Below are positions 13,089-24,300 of a stretch of DNA of 64,000 nucleotides, piece after piece; position 1 is the stretch's first letter, and each line of letters starts with the position of its first letter. A program made the position numbers and the translations under genes. The notes under the pieces are model-generated. The model worked only from the letters and a program-made list of their open reading frames with translations. It had not been told where the DNA came from and did no database searches. The DNA comes from Mytilus trossulus (taxonomy: Eukaryota). Location: the NCBI RefSeq assembly GCF_036588685.1, contig NC_086375.1, positions 33,046,001 through 33,110,000 on the forward strand, written 5' to 3'.

Positions 13089-14460
13089 TTAATCTCTCGG
13101 TGTTTGTAGAAACTCTTCAACACTAAATTTGCTCCTTTCTTGACAAGTACAGTTTTTTGAACACTCTGCACAACATTTACAGGCAGGACACCGGCACTGC
13201 TGCAAATCGCATCCTTCGCATTTCTTAGTATCTAATTTGTCTTCTTTGAAGTTGTCTACGGTCAATGAATTTACAATTTGACGTCTGATACAAGTGCTGG
13301 TGTTTTTTTATGATATCACGTATACATTTGCCGGTGGTTTTGAGCGACAAAGTAAAGTTATCATATAAAACAAAACTGAATCCATCTCTGCCATCCCTTG
13401 CGCATCTGCCAGCTTCTTGCCAATAGGACAACACTGATTTCGGACATCCTATATGAATAACAAGGTCTATGTCCCTGATGTCCAGTCCCATACCTAATGC
13501 GACAGTAGCAATTAAGCATCGGATTCTGCTATCTTCCCGTTTAAACTCTTTCAGGATGCGTTCTTTAGAGTCTTCCGATGTACTCTTATGGAACATTTCC
13601 ACAAGCAGGTTACTTGCCTTTTTATCCTGATTTGCATAAGCATGTAATTGAAGGTTGTCTTTTAAACACAAGAATAAATCGGACACCCTATCAATTGACC
13701 TACAGTAAACCACGATTTTCTTGGAATTTACTCCGTTTTCCCTGATATAATCAATAAGCCATTTTAGTGAAATTTCAAAATCATTACTGTCGCTTTTCCT
13801 TATTTCAATGAAGATGTTTGGTCTATCCGGTGACTTGAAAATAATATCTGTGTCAGCATCTGTCAACTGCAACGTTTCCATGATGTCATCCTTAACTTTC
13901 TGTGTGGAGGTTGCTGTCAGTGCCATTACGGGTGCACTGAAAAAACTTCTAAGTTCATGCAATGATTGATAGTCTGTCCGAAAATCTTCCCCCCATTCAG
14001 AAATGCAGTGTGCTTCGTCCACACATATCATACACAAACGAGACTGCCAAATACTTCCAAGGAAGACCTTCTTCCAGAATGGTTTCAGTACAGATTCGGG
14101 TGAAGAGAATATTAAATTATATTCTCCATTAGAAATGCCCCTTATAACGTCTGTTTGCATGTCTGAGCGAGATGTAATTTTTGCACACTTGATGTTCCAA
14201 TTTTCCAGGGTTGACATCTGATCGTCTATCAAAGACGATAACGGGGAAATAATAAGAGTTATAGGATTTTTGTCCATTTGTAAAATGACTGGCAACACCA
14301 TGCACATTGTCTTTCCAAAACCTGTTGGAAGCAGACACACAACATTCCTCTTCTGTAAGGCTGCTACAGCCACCTCAATCTGCTCTTCTTTCAGCTCAAA
14401 ATTTATATTGTAACTAGATTTAATCTCATTGAAGTTTGTGCGTACACTTTCGGCATCCAT
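13089..14460 (-). CDS. RecQ-like SF2 helicase of the Academ element (~456 aa after correcting a 1-nt frameshift at 13303-13309)
   Basis: Motifs LPTGFGKT, ISPLSSLIDDQ, VDEAHCISEWGEDFR, ALTAT, ATVALGMGLD and QEAGRCARDG. Removing one A from the A7 run gives KNTSTCIRRQI...CEGCDLQQCRCPACKCCAECSKNCTC (RecQ-type Zn-binding tail) ending at TAA 13091-13089. Confidence 0.88.
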
Positions 14461-14514
14461 CTCGACTTTTTAGCGCGCTTTTTCACGTCACATGATTCTA
14501 GTACATGTACCACC

Positions 14515-14902
14515 ATGGCCACGTGTTCTAACTGTGATCGAGAATTTGAAAAACGACATGACAATAAAGGATACTTTAGGTTTTCTTTGGAAAAGCCAAC
14601 AACCTCTGGTGGGGTAGCAAGAGAAGAGTTGTCAGCATTAACGGGTGTTCCGTTTACTCCTGTATCTAACAAACGTCAAGGTCAATTTTTGTGTCCATCA
14701 TGCTGGTCAAACCTTAATGACACTGTACGATATAAATCATCTTTACATGAACTTTGGGGAAATACTCAGGCCAATTCCTACATTGGAGGGAAGCGTGGCT
14801 CAGATGGAATAAAACAGTCTTCCACAGTAAAGAAACCAAGATTTACAAGTACCCCGTTGAAGGTATTTTTTTTATCCTTATATATATATGAAATTATCTC
14901 TC

Positions 14903-14964
<62 letters not shown>

Positions 14965-17900
14965 ATGAAATGTGTTTTATATTACAGCCGATTGCATTAA
15001 GTGTGTAGGTAAAGGTAATGGTATACTACCCTCTTTTCGAAGTAGATAGTCCTACAGACAAATAAACCGGTTATCTGTCGGACTAGTCTACTCTTAAAGG
15101 ATGGTAGTTGACATACTAATTATCCAAATAATGACTTCACGTTTAAGGTAGAAAGCAAGAAACAAATATTACCTTTACCTACACACCTAATGTAATCGGC
15201 TGTAAAAGAATAAAAATTCATCTGAACTGATTTGTCTTTTTGCGTAAGATTTCTCAATGCCCAAAACTTTTTCTTTCTAGGCCAAAAAAGCCGGGAAATC
15301 ATTGTTCCAGAAAAAAGCCACGAGGAGCTCAAAATGGGATTCCATAATAGGATTTGTGCGTGCGAGGCAGTATGGTAGAGCCATAAAAGGATTGTACGAG
15401 TCGACTAAGGGGGCGAAAAGACAATTTATGCGGTTTGTCAGTGGAGTTGTGCGTAAAGAAATAAAGAATGTTTTAAAACCTAAAACAACTTTCCCACTTT
15501 GTATGAAGGCAGATATTCCATCTATAACAGATTTCAGCTGGACCCAGACCTTGTCCGACTTTGAGAAATCAGCACCAATTACATACAACGTATTTAGAAG
15601 TGCTATAACACGGAAGTCTGAAGAAGCTACGTTGTGCAAAGGAAAAACAGTCAACTTAAAGCCAAAAATAGGAACAGCAGTTGCATATCTCCTTCATGCT
15701 AAGGCTCCAATAAAGGATTCCTTTATTCCTACGCTAGTATCTATCCAGTTTTGGCGGGGAAATCTCAAGCGAGATACTATCAAACAAATGTCAAAAATGG
15801 GGATCTGTAAGGGGTATGGGGCAACCCTTGCCGCTATAGATAATATCAGACGCGAGTTTGATTCGGCTGCAACATCTTGCAAAAGAGAAATTGAAGAACA
15901 GCTCACAAATGTCAATGACATATCAAACATGACCGTCATGGAGGAAGACATGGACGTGTCGAATGCTGTAGCAGTTACGGTGCCAAACATCGAAGACGAA
16001 ATTAATGAACCATCTGACTCGGATGATACAATCTCTTATGAGTATAGAGAACCAAATGAGGATGGATCTGAAGAAAGTGAGAGCGATATTACAGAGGTTG
16101 AGGATAATGATGAAGATTCTAAAGAGGATGAAAATGATGATATTGCCGAAGCATCAGATAACGAATCCATACATGATGTGTCAATTCGATCAGAAACCAA
16201 TCCTAAGTTGCAACCAGGTTTCTCAATGTGTTGGGATAACGTTGGTAAAAAAGTAACATCACGACACCCAACCCTTACTTCAACCAACAAGTATATCAAT
16301 ATGGCACTTGGCTACATGGCTGTAAATCGTGTTACGACTACAAATCTACCATGGCAGTTTGACGATACAGTAAAAAAAGCCATAGAATTGCCGCAAGAAA
16401 TTTTCTTTCCCAGTCAAACAGATTTTAAAAACGTCAAAAACAGAATGGAAATTATTGTTGGTCGTATCATAGGTCGTCATTTAAAATGGTTTAGTGATAA
16501 TATTAGCGATTGCATTATACCACACGTTGTTCATGGCCATTCTGCAGAGTCTGCTCATAGAAGTGTGCTCGTAAACTTGGGCGTGTTTGATGTTAACCCA
16601 TCTTCAACACAAGGTGCCATAACTATATATGAAAATCTGCAACGATATGTTCCATCAATAGCCGGAAACCCTTACACGACAGCTGTTTTTGGTGATGGGC
16701 TTAGTTGCGAGAGGGGAAATGATGCCCACAGGGCGAGGGCTAACGGTCTTAATCCCTGGGATAGATTGGAAGGATGCGAACCTTCAGCACAAGAATTCCA
16801 CAAGGAAATGCTGCTCCTTCAGGATTATTATGATTTATTGTTTAAAGGATCTAGTGCAGCAGATAGAGGCACGTTAGTCCATTTGAAAAAATTATTTAAC
16901 TTCAGAACAGTAAAATCCGACGTTTCCGATAATTTTACTCATGCCTGGGAATTGATGTGTCTAGCCACGGAGGGTTTTGTTTGCTTATTAACAATGCAAA
17001 TTACGGAAATGGAAGATGCAGATAGTGAGCCTGCAAATATTGAGACCACGCTTGTTAATGATGACTTTGAACAACGTAATCAGTACTTTACGGATGTATG
17101 CAGCACTGTCGTTCAAAGATTATGGCATACACTGAACACCAATGCTCTCACAGTGGACGATGGGACTGGACCACCCGTATTTTGTTGTGGAGAAGATTTG
17201 GACGACGACACAATTGCATGCTCTGCAGGAACAAACTGTACACATGGAGAAGTTTTCCATTACATGTGTGCAGATATCGATCCGAACAACCTACCCGAAA
17301 ACTGGCACTGCACTGATGAATGTAGAAACCGTACTAATTTGTACGCGTTTTGCCATTGCAGACAAAACTTGGGAAATGACGAGCCGATGATAGATTGTAC
17401 GGCTGGATCTGCTTGTACAAACAGAGAATGGTATCATATGAAATGTGTCCATATCAATCCTGAAAATGTTCCAAAACGCGACTGGTTTTGTCATGATGCC
17501 TGTAAAACAGCTAAGAGAGGCAAGAGAAAGCGAGGAAAGAAAAGTGTTGACAAACCAGAACAAGTTTCGGATCATATTTATAACTATAGTCGTTCAATGG
17601 CCTGGCTGGGTTTGAATTTATTGTGTAGACGAGATGCAGTACGGGAAGCAGATGGCAATGCAATGATTACACATTGGAAATTAGATCTTGTTCATTTCTT
17701 TGCCTCAAAACATCCAAAATATCTTATTCTGGCGCATAGGTTACTGGCATCAGTACATGGCTGGCTACCGGAGAAGTTACGGGAGGATATCATCCACAAT
17801 CGGACAGTGAATTACGGTGGTGGCATAGGGCGGAATTTGCCGATGGATTTCATGAATGAGATATTGAATAGACTGTTTAAAGAATTGCTGAGTTGTGCAA

Positions 17901-18235
17901 AAGGGCAGTACACTAATGCAACCATACAACGTTGTAGTCAGATAATTGGGCCACTTGGAGAGGCTTTAGATACCGTGTTCGATTCACAAGTGGTGGAAAA
18001 CGAATTGTACAGACATAGACGTAGGAGTGGTAACCGCGATGAAAATGTCAAACAATTAATTTCATTCCTACAAAATGATAAGTTGTTTGCATTTACAGTT
18101 GGTCGCAATCATAAGGCGTTTCCTGATTTTCAGTTCAGCGAAAATCCCCGCAATCCTGGACAGTTTCAGCCGAAAATGATTCAACTATCAAAAAAACTTG
18201 ACAAAAGGAGACGAGTTATTTTAAATGATGATTAA
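14515..18235 (+). CDS. AcademH-type transposase with an N-terminal C4 zinc motif and two PHD fingers, ~1100 aa; exons 14515-14862 and 15281-18235
   Basis: Donor AAG|GTATT at 14863 and acceptor TTTCTAG| at 15280 join in phase 0 to ORF 15302-18235. Features: CSNC...CPSC, an acidic linker, candidate catalytic motifs WDN / FGDGL / DFMNEILN, two PHD-like fingers at ~17170-17505, and an NLS-like KRGKRKRGKK. Confidence 0.88.
14897..14962. repeat. (CT)n microsatellite in the transposase intron
   Basis: Visible TC dinucleotide run; it explains the SLSLSL tail of ORF 14515-15000. Confidence 0.95.
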
Positions 18236-18366
18236 CAGCTAATTTTCAGTTGATAATATTTTTTTCAACGGTCAATTTTGACGAGGTGTATTATTTTACA
18301 TTGTTACAGTTTATTGATTAAAGGCGGGAAACTTTATCACGTGGTATAGGAACATCGTGTACAAAA

Positions 18367-19077
18367 ATGTCCCTCAGCAATTTACAGAAGCAATTGGATC
18401 GTTTTGAAGATGAAGTTTTCTTTGATCGTGTTCAAAGAAGGAAAGCTTTTCTGTTAACAGACAGTAAAGGTCGTTACTTAAAAGATGTTGTTCAGCCGCT
18501 GGAACGTATAGTGGATATTGTGTATAAGGGCGGGGCGAAAATTGATGATGCGGTTTTATACCAGGATCTAAGACAGAAAATTACAGGTCTAGACAACCCA
18601 TTGATTTTAATTTGGCTGGGAACTTGTGAGTTAACAAGAAAGACCGGAAGATACATTTCCATCAATACAGAAATTTCAGTACCCGATGTGCTAAATAAAC
18701 TAGGTAACTTGAAAGAAAAAATTCTAGCTGTGAACTCATCGGCTGAAATTATATTTTTAAAGTGTCCAGCTTATTCGATTAAGCATTATAATAAATATCA
18801 TCACCATCCCGACAGTGAGTCGTTTCACGACGATGACTCCATTTTACAAGACAAAATTCAAGATTTAAACGACAAAATAGTTGATTTGAACACAAACTTT
18901 CCGGGACCTAATTTTTCATTGGATCTGTTAAAAAATACAAAAGTAAATAAAGGACGGCGTTCAAAATATGTCTTTATGTTTAAAGACTTGTATAAAGATG
19001 GAATACATCCATGTCCAACACTTGCAATGGTTTGGTTGAGAAAAATTCAAAAGATAGTCTGTACATTGTGTTTTTAG
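18367..19077 (+). CDS. SGNH/GDSL-hydrolase-like protein inside the Academ element, 236 aa
   Basis: Intact ORF with block I FLLTDSKG, block II GG, block III IWLGTCE and block V DGIHP, in the expected order. Confidence 0.75.
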   Translation: MSLSNLQKQLDRFEDEVFFDRVQRRKAFLLTDSKGRYLKDVVQPLERIVDIVYKGGAKIDDAVLYQDLRQKITGLDNPLILIWLGTCELTRKTGRYISINTEISVPDVLNKLGNLKEKILAVNSSAEIIFLKCPAYSIKHYNKYHHHPDSESFHDDDSILQDKIQDLNDKIVDLNTNFPGPNFSLDLLKNTKVNKGRRSKYVFMFKDLYKDGIHPCPTLAMVWLRKIQKIVCTLCF

Positions 19078-19113
19078 TTTTCAAGGGAAATATTTCTAAT
19101 AACATTTCATACG

Positions 19114-19770
19114 GGTGAATGAGGATTGGCTCGCTCACCCCCGTTGTATGAACTCGTATTTTGAAATAAATTTATCGCCTCTCTTACAACTAGAAATTCA
19201 CTGCTGCTGATGCTTAACAATGTAACAAGAGAACTTTTTGGTGAATGAGAATTGGCTCGCTCACCCCCGTTGTATGAACTCGTATTTTGAAATAAATGTA
19301 TCGCCTCTCTTACAACTAGAAATTTATTTCTGCTGATGCTTAACAATATGACAAGAGAACTTTTTGGTGAATGAGAATTGGCTCGCTCATCCCCGTTGTA
19401 TGAACTCGTATTTTGAAATAAATTTATCGCCTCTCTTACAACTAGAAATTTACTGCTGCTGATGCTTAACAATGTGACAAGAGAACTTTTTGGTGAATGA
19501 GAATTGGCTCGCTCACCCCCGTTTTATGAACTCGTATTTTGAAAGACATGTATCGCCTCGTACGCTCTCTCAACTAGAAATTCATTTGTGCTGATTCTTA
19601 ATTTGGAGAAGAGAATTTTTGAATGAAAATTGGCTTGCTCAACCCATGCACTCGTATTCTGATTGACATTTGTCGGCTCGGCCGCTCTCACAGTAAGCAA
19701 TTCATATCTGTAAATGGTGAACAACTTGGACAAAAAACTTTTGGTGAATGAGGATTGGCTCGCTCATCGT
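19114..19770 (+). repeat. 126-bp tandem array (~5 units, last two degenerate) inside the Academ element
   Basis: GGTGAATGAG recurs at 19114, 19240, 19366, 19492 and 19743, with a degenerate copy near 19618. Confidence 0.92.
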
Positions 19771-20434
19771 GAACTCTTGAAACGAATTTATATAGCTGTC
19801 ATGACCCAACTGGATCTTAATTTCAATTTAATTAGAATAAAGAAAAGAGAAAAATCGGATTTCATAATTAAGGTTGGTATCTTTTAAATCATTTCTATTC
19901 AGGCGTTCTCCTTTTAAGATGTTTAATGGAATCAGATTTCGATTCGTTGTTTGTTTCTGTTACACATTCTTTGCATTTGTTTTGGTACGATTTGTTTATT
20001 TGTTTTTGTCGTTGGATTGTCTCCACATAAAAAAAAAACATTGAATATTTAAACTTTTCATGCAATTTTACCATTGTTTAGTTGCGATGTCTTATTGAAG
20101 GGATTAAACTATGAAATTAGCCGTAATCAAAAGGAGATGTGGTATGGAAGCCAATGAGACAAAAGCCGACCAAAGCTTTACTCTGCAAGCATTATGAAAT
20201 TAGCCGTAATCAAAATTGTAAGGAGATGTTGAAAGGAAGCAAATAAGACAACATAATTTTTACATTAACAAGACTTAAAATGAAGTCGATGTAAGCAATT
20301 TATACCATATGGCTTTCCTCAACAGCTGAAAAATACAGCCGTTATGGCCATCATAAAAAAAAACTCGCTGTAATATGGCAAAGCATGGAAACAAAATATG
20401 TAAAGCAGGTAAATAAAGAAAGCCAACTACCTTA

Positions 20435-20657
20435 GGGACGACATCAAAAGTTCAATGTACGAAAAAAGAACTTAATTCACATAGTTTTTTCACTGACACC
20501 CCCCTCTTAACTTAATTTGGGAAAAAATTATTTACCGATAGGGATATATGTAAAAATCGATTTTACATATACAAAACTTGCAGAATTTTACCCCCCCCCC
20601 CCAAACTATTTGATTTAAGTTTTTTTTTATCCTACATCGATCTTTTGATGTCGTCCC
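20435..20657. mobile_element. PIF/Harbinger-like MITE nested in the Academ element
   Basis: TIRs GGGACGACATCAAAAG / CTTTTGATGTCGTCCC; TTA duplicated at 20432-20434 and 20658-20660. Confidence 0.8.
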
Positions 20658-21389
20658 TTATTGATACATGTATTGATTGTCACCATTTCCACATTTGACC
20701 ATTATTTTCATGAGACAGCAAACTTATTTTCAATAACTCTTTGGAGAAATATTCACCGTATAATTCCTGTTGTTATCGGAAAATAATATTCATTTATACA
20801 ATCATCCATTTCCTTTTTATGAATGCTATATGGTCGCCTCTTAAGTGTTAAGAAACATTTCATGATAAGCTTGCTTTTATTAGAATTAATTTACATCATT
20901 TCATCGTTCATTATCACCTGAAAGTCAATTCAGAATTCATTTTCCAAGGAATATTCTGAAAAATGTACAACTGATTAACATTCGGAAAGACCTGCGGAAC
21001 TTCTCGTTCTTGACCCGCTTGACAATTTGAAATGAGGGGGGGACAGTTTGAAAAGTTGTTATAAAAAGGATATAAATCCATCACATGATAAGGTAAGACA
21101 TTTTTTTTATTATTTGAGATGTTCATTTGTAAGGATAATGACATAAGTTAACTTAAAACTGTCGTAAACATTGTAAAATTGTTGTTCAAAGTTCCCACAA
21201 AAATTCGTTGGGAATTTGCTACGAGAAAAAGTTACAAATTTTATAAGACTCTGGGGTTCAACATTGATAGTAAAAAAAATCCGATAAAAAACGTTGAATG
21301 TAAATGATATGAACCTCCAGAGTCTTATATTATAGGACTACAGTATACAGATAATAACATAAGAAGTTTTATGTACATTTTAAATGCTT

Positions 21390-22939
21390 TTATTTCTTTC
21401 CAAAGCTATTTGGATCAAAGTTTGCAGATGGAGCCTTGTTCGGATCGAATGTGCCTGATCCCATACTATTTGGAGAGAATGATCCTGCACCCATAGAGTT
21501 TGGATTGAAACTCCCGGATGGGACACTGTTCGGATTAAAACTTCCAGCTCCAAGACTACTTGGTTTGAAGGATCCAGCTCCTAATTTATTTGGGTCAAAT
21601 GTTCCAGCTCCAGAGTTTGGACTAAACTTGCCAGCTGCCATCTTATTAGGATCGAAACTTGCTGTGCCATTTGTATTGAACATGCTCAATGATGCTAAAA
21701 CAGAAAAAAAAATTTGATTCAGTATATTATGGGTACTATAAAGTGATCAGTTTCGATTTATTTTGAGAAAAAAATAACATACGACAGCTACATGTAGTTA
21801 GGATATTTGTACTTCAATTTAAGCGAGTAAGAACTGATTGTCTCATATTGAGTTTCCTGGCGACAAATAACTTCGTAAGGTGCAGAATTTGTCGGATATA
21901 TCTGAAATTGATGCCCTCAAATCTTTAAATGAAACATTGTATTTCAGTTATACACATCTGGCTTTCGTCTTTTCCAAATTTTGTCTTAGGAATTATGTTG
22001 ATTTCAATAATAAGAAAAAACTTAAACGTCACACCAAATGATAAAACAAGTACTTAAAATTACTGAACTCCAAGATAAGTTCAAAAGAGTGATCGCTTTT
22101 CCGTTGATTGACGAATACCTCTACCTCTCGTTTTAGTCATAAGGGAGCCACCATTTGATTTTTATGGGGGGGGGGGGCTAGGATGAAATTTGAAAAAAAT
22201 AGGCAGGACAGGAGTTTTGAGTTAAAAAAAAAGGCAGGATGAGACACTTGCAAAAGAAAAAAAGTCAGGATGACAATTAATTTAAAAAAAGTCAGGATAA
22301 ACTAAAAAAAAAAAAAGCAGGACCGGATAGAGTGAAAAATAAAAAGGCAGGACAGAGATTACAACTAAAAAAAAATGCAGGACAAAATTTTTCATCCTAG
22401 CCCCCCCCCCCCCCCCCCCATAAAAATCAAATGGTAGCTCCCTAAGTGTAACCCATATCTTATGTTGAACAAACCACGATAATCGTTTCAGCAGTGTAAA
22501 TGTTGGTTTGTTATACTAGTATTATTGAGTATTTTGCATTACTTGCAATTTTTTTTAACGATTAGAGACTCTTTTAAAATGGAAAGGTACTTATCTATCA
22601 AATGTTAAACAAATTTAGAAGAAATAAGTACTAAAAAAACTTATCAATGCATATAGCCTATTGTAAAACAACATACAGATAGACCACCTTATTATATATA
22701 TTACTTGTAAAATAACCGAAATCAACCTTGTGCTTAAATTCCGTTATGAATTTTTCTCAGAGTTCAGTTTTTTTGCGATTTTACTCTTTTTACATTCGAA
22801 AAAATAAAAAATAACTTATGAATTTGAACCTATCAACATTTTCTATTGTTATATTTGTGAATAGAATAATAAAATAAGATATATTCTTACCACTATAGCA
22901 TGTTGGAATTAAAACAGTTAAAAATATTAACAAATTCAT
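21390..22939 (-). CDS. Gene C: small secreted ~decapeptide-repeat protein (consensus GAGSFNPNSM), ~117 aa; exons 22939-22891 and 21694-21390
   Basis: Exon 1 reads MNLLIFLTVLIPTCYS with a G|GTAAGA donor. Acceptor TTTTAG| is in frame with ORF 21390-21689. Nine F-x-P units; ends SFGKK-stop. Confidence 0.87.
22143..22442. mobile_element. PIF/Harbinger-like MITE in the gene C intron
   Basis: ~45-50 bp TIRs (GGGAGCCACCATTTGATTTTTATG..G-run..CTAGGATGAAA), TAA on both sides, internal AAAAAGGCAGGA repeats. Confidence 0.8.
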
Positions 22940-23249
22940 TATAGCAAACTTGTGTCGTCGTTCTATTCCACCTGCTGATAGGATTGTCAGATAAGGCAGT
23001 GAGATTATCATCAGGTCGCAGCCAGACACGTGGTCAACACTTTACATTATTAGTTATTTTTGTCTTTTATCAGTTATTATTCAAGATTATCTGAAAAGTG
23101 GAGAACTTTTAGAATTTCATCTCATATGCAGAACTCAATTCCTACCACTTTAAAATGGCTGTTACAAAATGGTTTTGCAATAAAACGTCTGTTGTAAAAA
23201 CATTGCCTGTCTTGGCATACAAAACAAAAGTTTCCGTAAATTAATCAAT

Positions 23250-24300
23250 TGATTCAACTTCGTTTTATAGCTAGCTAAACCTCTCACTAGTATGACAGTC
23301 GTATAAAATTCCATTATATTGACAACGATGTGTGAAATAAACAAACAGGCTCAATAAGTAAACATGTTAATAATAGGGGTACAGGAGTCAACATTGTGTT
23401 ATCATCTGAATCATTCTAGAAAAAAATAAGTATATTTACAATAATTAACCATGACAAAATAACTCAATGACGGGATGTATAAGTACAGAGCCACGTCATA
23501 TGTAACAAAGAATCACAAAAAGTCATATAGACAAAACATATTAGCAAAAATGCAAGACAAAAATTATAGAACAATATAACGGGATGTATGAGTACAGAGC
23601 CACGTAAAATGAATACCAGCAAAAGCAGACTGAACAGTAAAAGAAAGATTCATAAAATCGAATAAAAGAATACTACAACACGTTTTTAAGATGATAAAAA
23701 ACGTCAGTACCCAGTATCAAACTGCAAGACCATCGTGTATTAGTGAAGTTGATACCGAATATTTATCAACAAGGTCATGTTACATTCCAAAGGACTTTTT
23801 CTTTGACATACCCCGTGGTTCGTCAACCTTCTGATCAGACACCGGTGACGTTTTACAAAGTCTGAGTAGTTGCGGCATGCTCTTGATTATCGAATAAGTT
23901 GGGAAATGTATATCCGACATGCAGGAAAAGTTGACATGTTTCTACTTAGTTTGGTGAAATTGATAATTCAAAAATCAAAATCGTCTTTTTTCAGAGATTT
24001 TGGTACTGACATGACCGTGTATGTTTAATTCGAGGTATAGGTCTAACAATGAGGTAGTGGAAGCCGTGTCTGTTGTGTCTTTCATTTCTAGTTCTGGGGT
24101 TATATTAATGGAACCAATCAACAATAATTTAATTTTTAATGGGAAGAATATCATCAATATATTTGAATGTGAATTTTAATGACTTGGCTTTTTTGATATG
24201 TGTCTGAAGGAAATCAGATTCATATGAAAATAAGCAAGGACTGCAAGAAAAGGCGCAAAGTTCGTTTCTAATGGAATGCCAAAAATTTGTTGAAAAGTTG
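23250..24300 (-). pseudogene. Degraded reverse-transcriptase retroelement fragment (Penelope-like) with 3' region
   Basis: Minus-strand remnants read GIPL.TNFAP, SYESDFLQ, FTFKYIDDIL (YxDD) and PELEMKDTTDTASTTSLLDL, with frameshifts. Related scraps at ~9990-10120 and ~48030-48070. Confidence 0.75.

Larger units (their letters stand above)
12023..21340. mobile_element. Academ-superfamily DNA transposon, AcademH lineage with PHD fingers (AcademHP-like), near intact
   Basis: TIRs 12023-12151 and 21215-21340 begin TAGTCCTATAAT and differ only in one homopolymer length (T11 vs A8). Perfect 10-bp TSD CAGTATACAG at 12013-12022 and 21341-21350. Encodes a RecQ-like helicase and a PHD-containing transposase; 9-10 bp TSDs plus a helicase define AcademH. 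Confidence 0.92.

Noticed and set aside
13225-14460. Host RecQ/BLM/WRN gene
   Set aside because: Intronless, lacks the extra domains of those genes and lies inside TIRs with a TSD, so it is transposon-encoded; no gene symbol given.
19107-19733. Repetitive minus-strand ORFs and a CRISPR-like appearance of the 126-bp array
   Set aside because: Whole units repeat with no unique spacers, the context is eukaryotic with no cas genes, and the ORFs arise because 126 is a multiple of 3.
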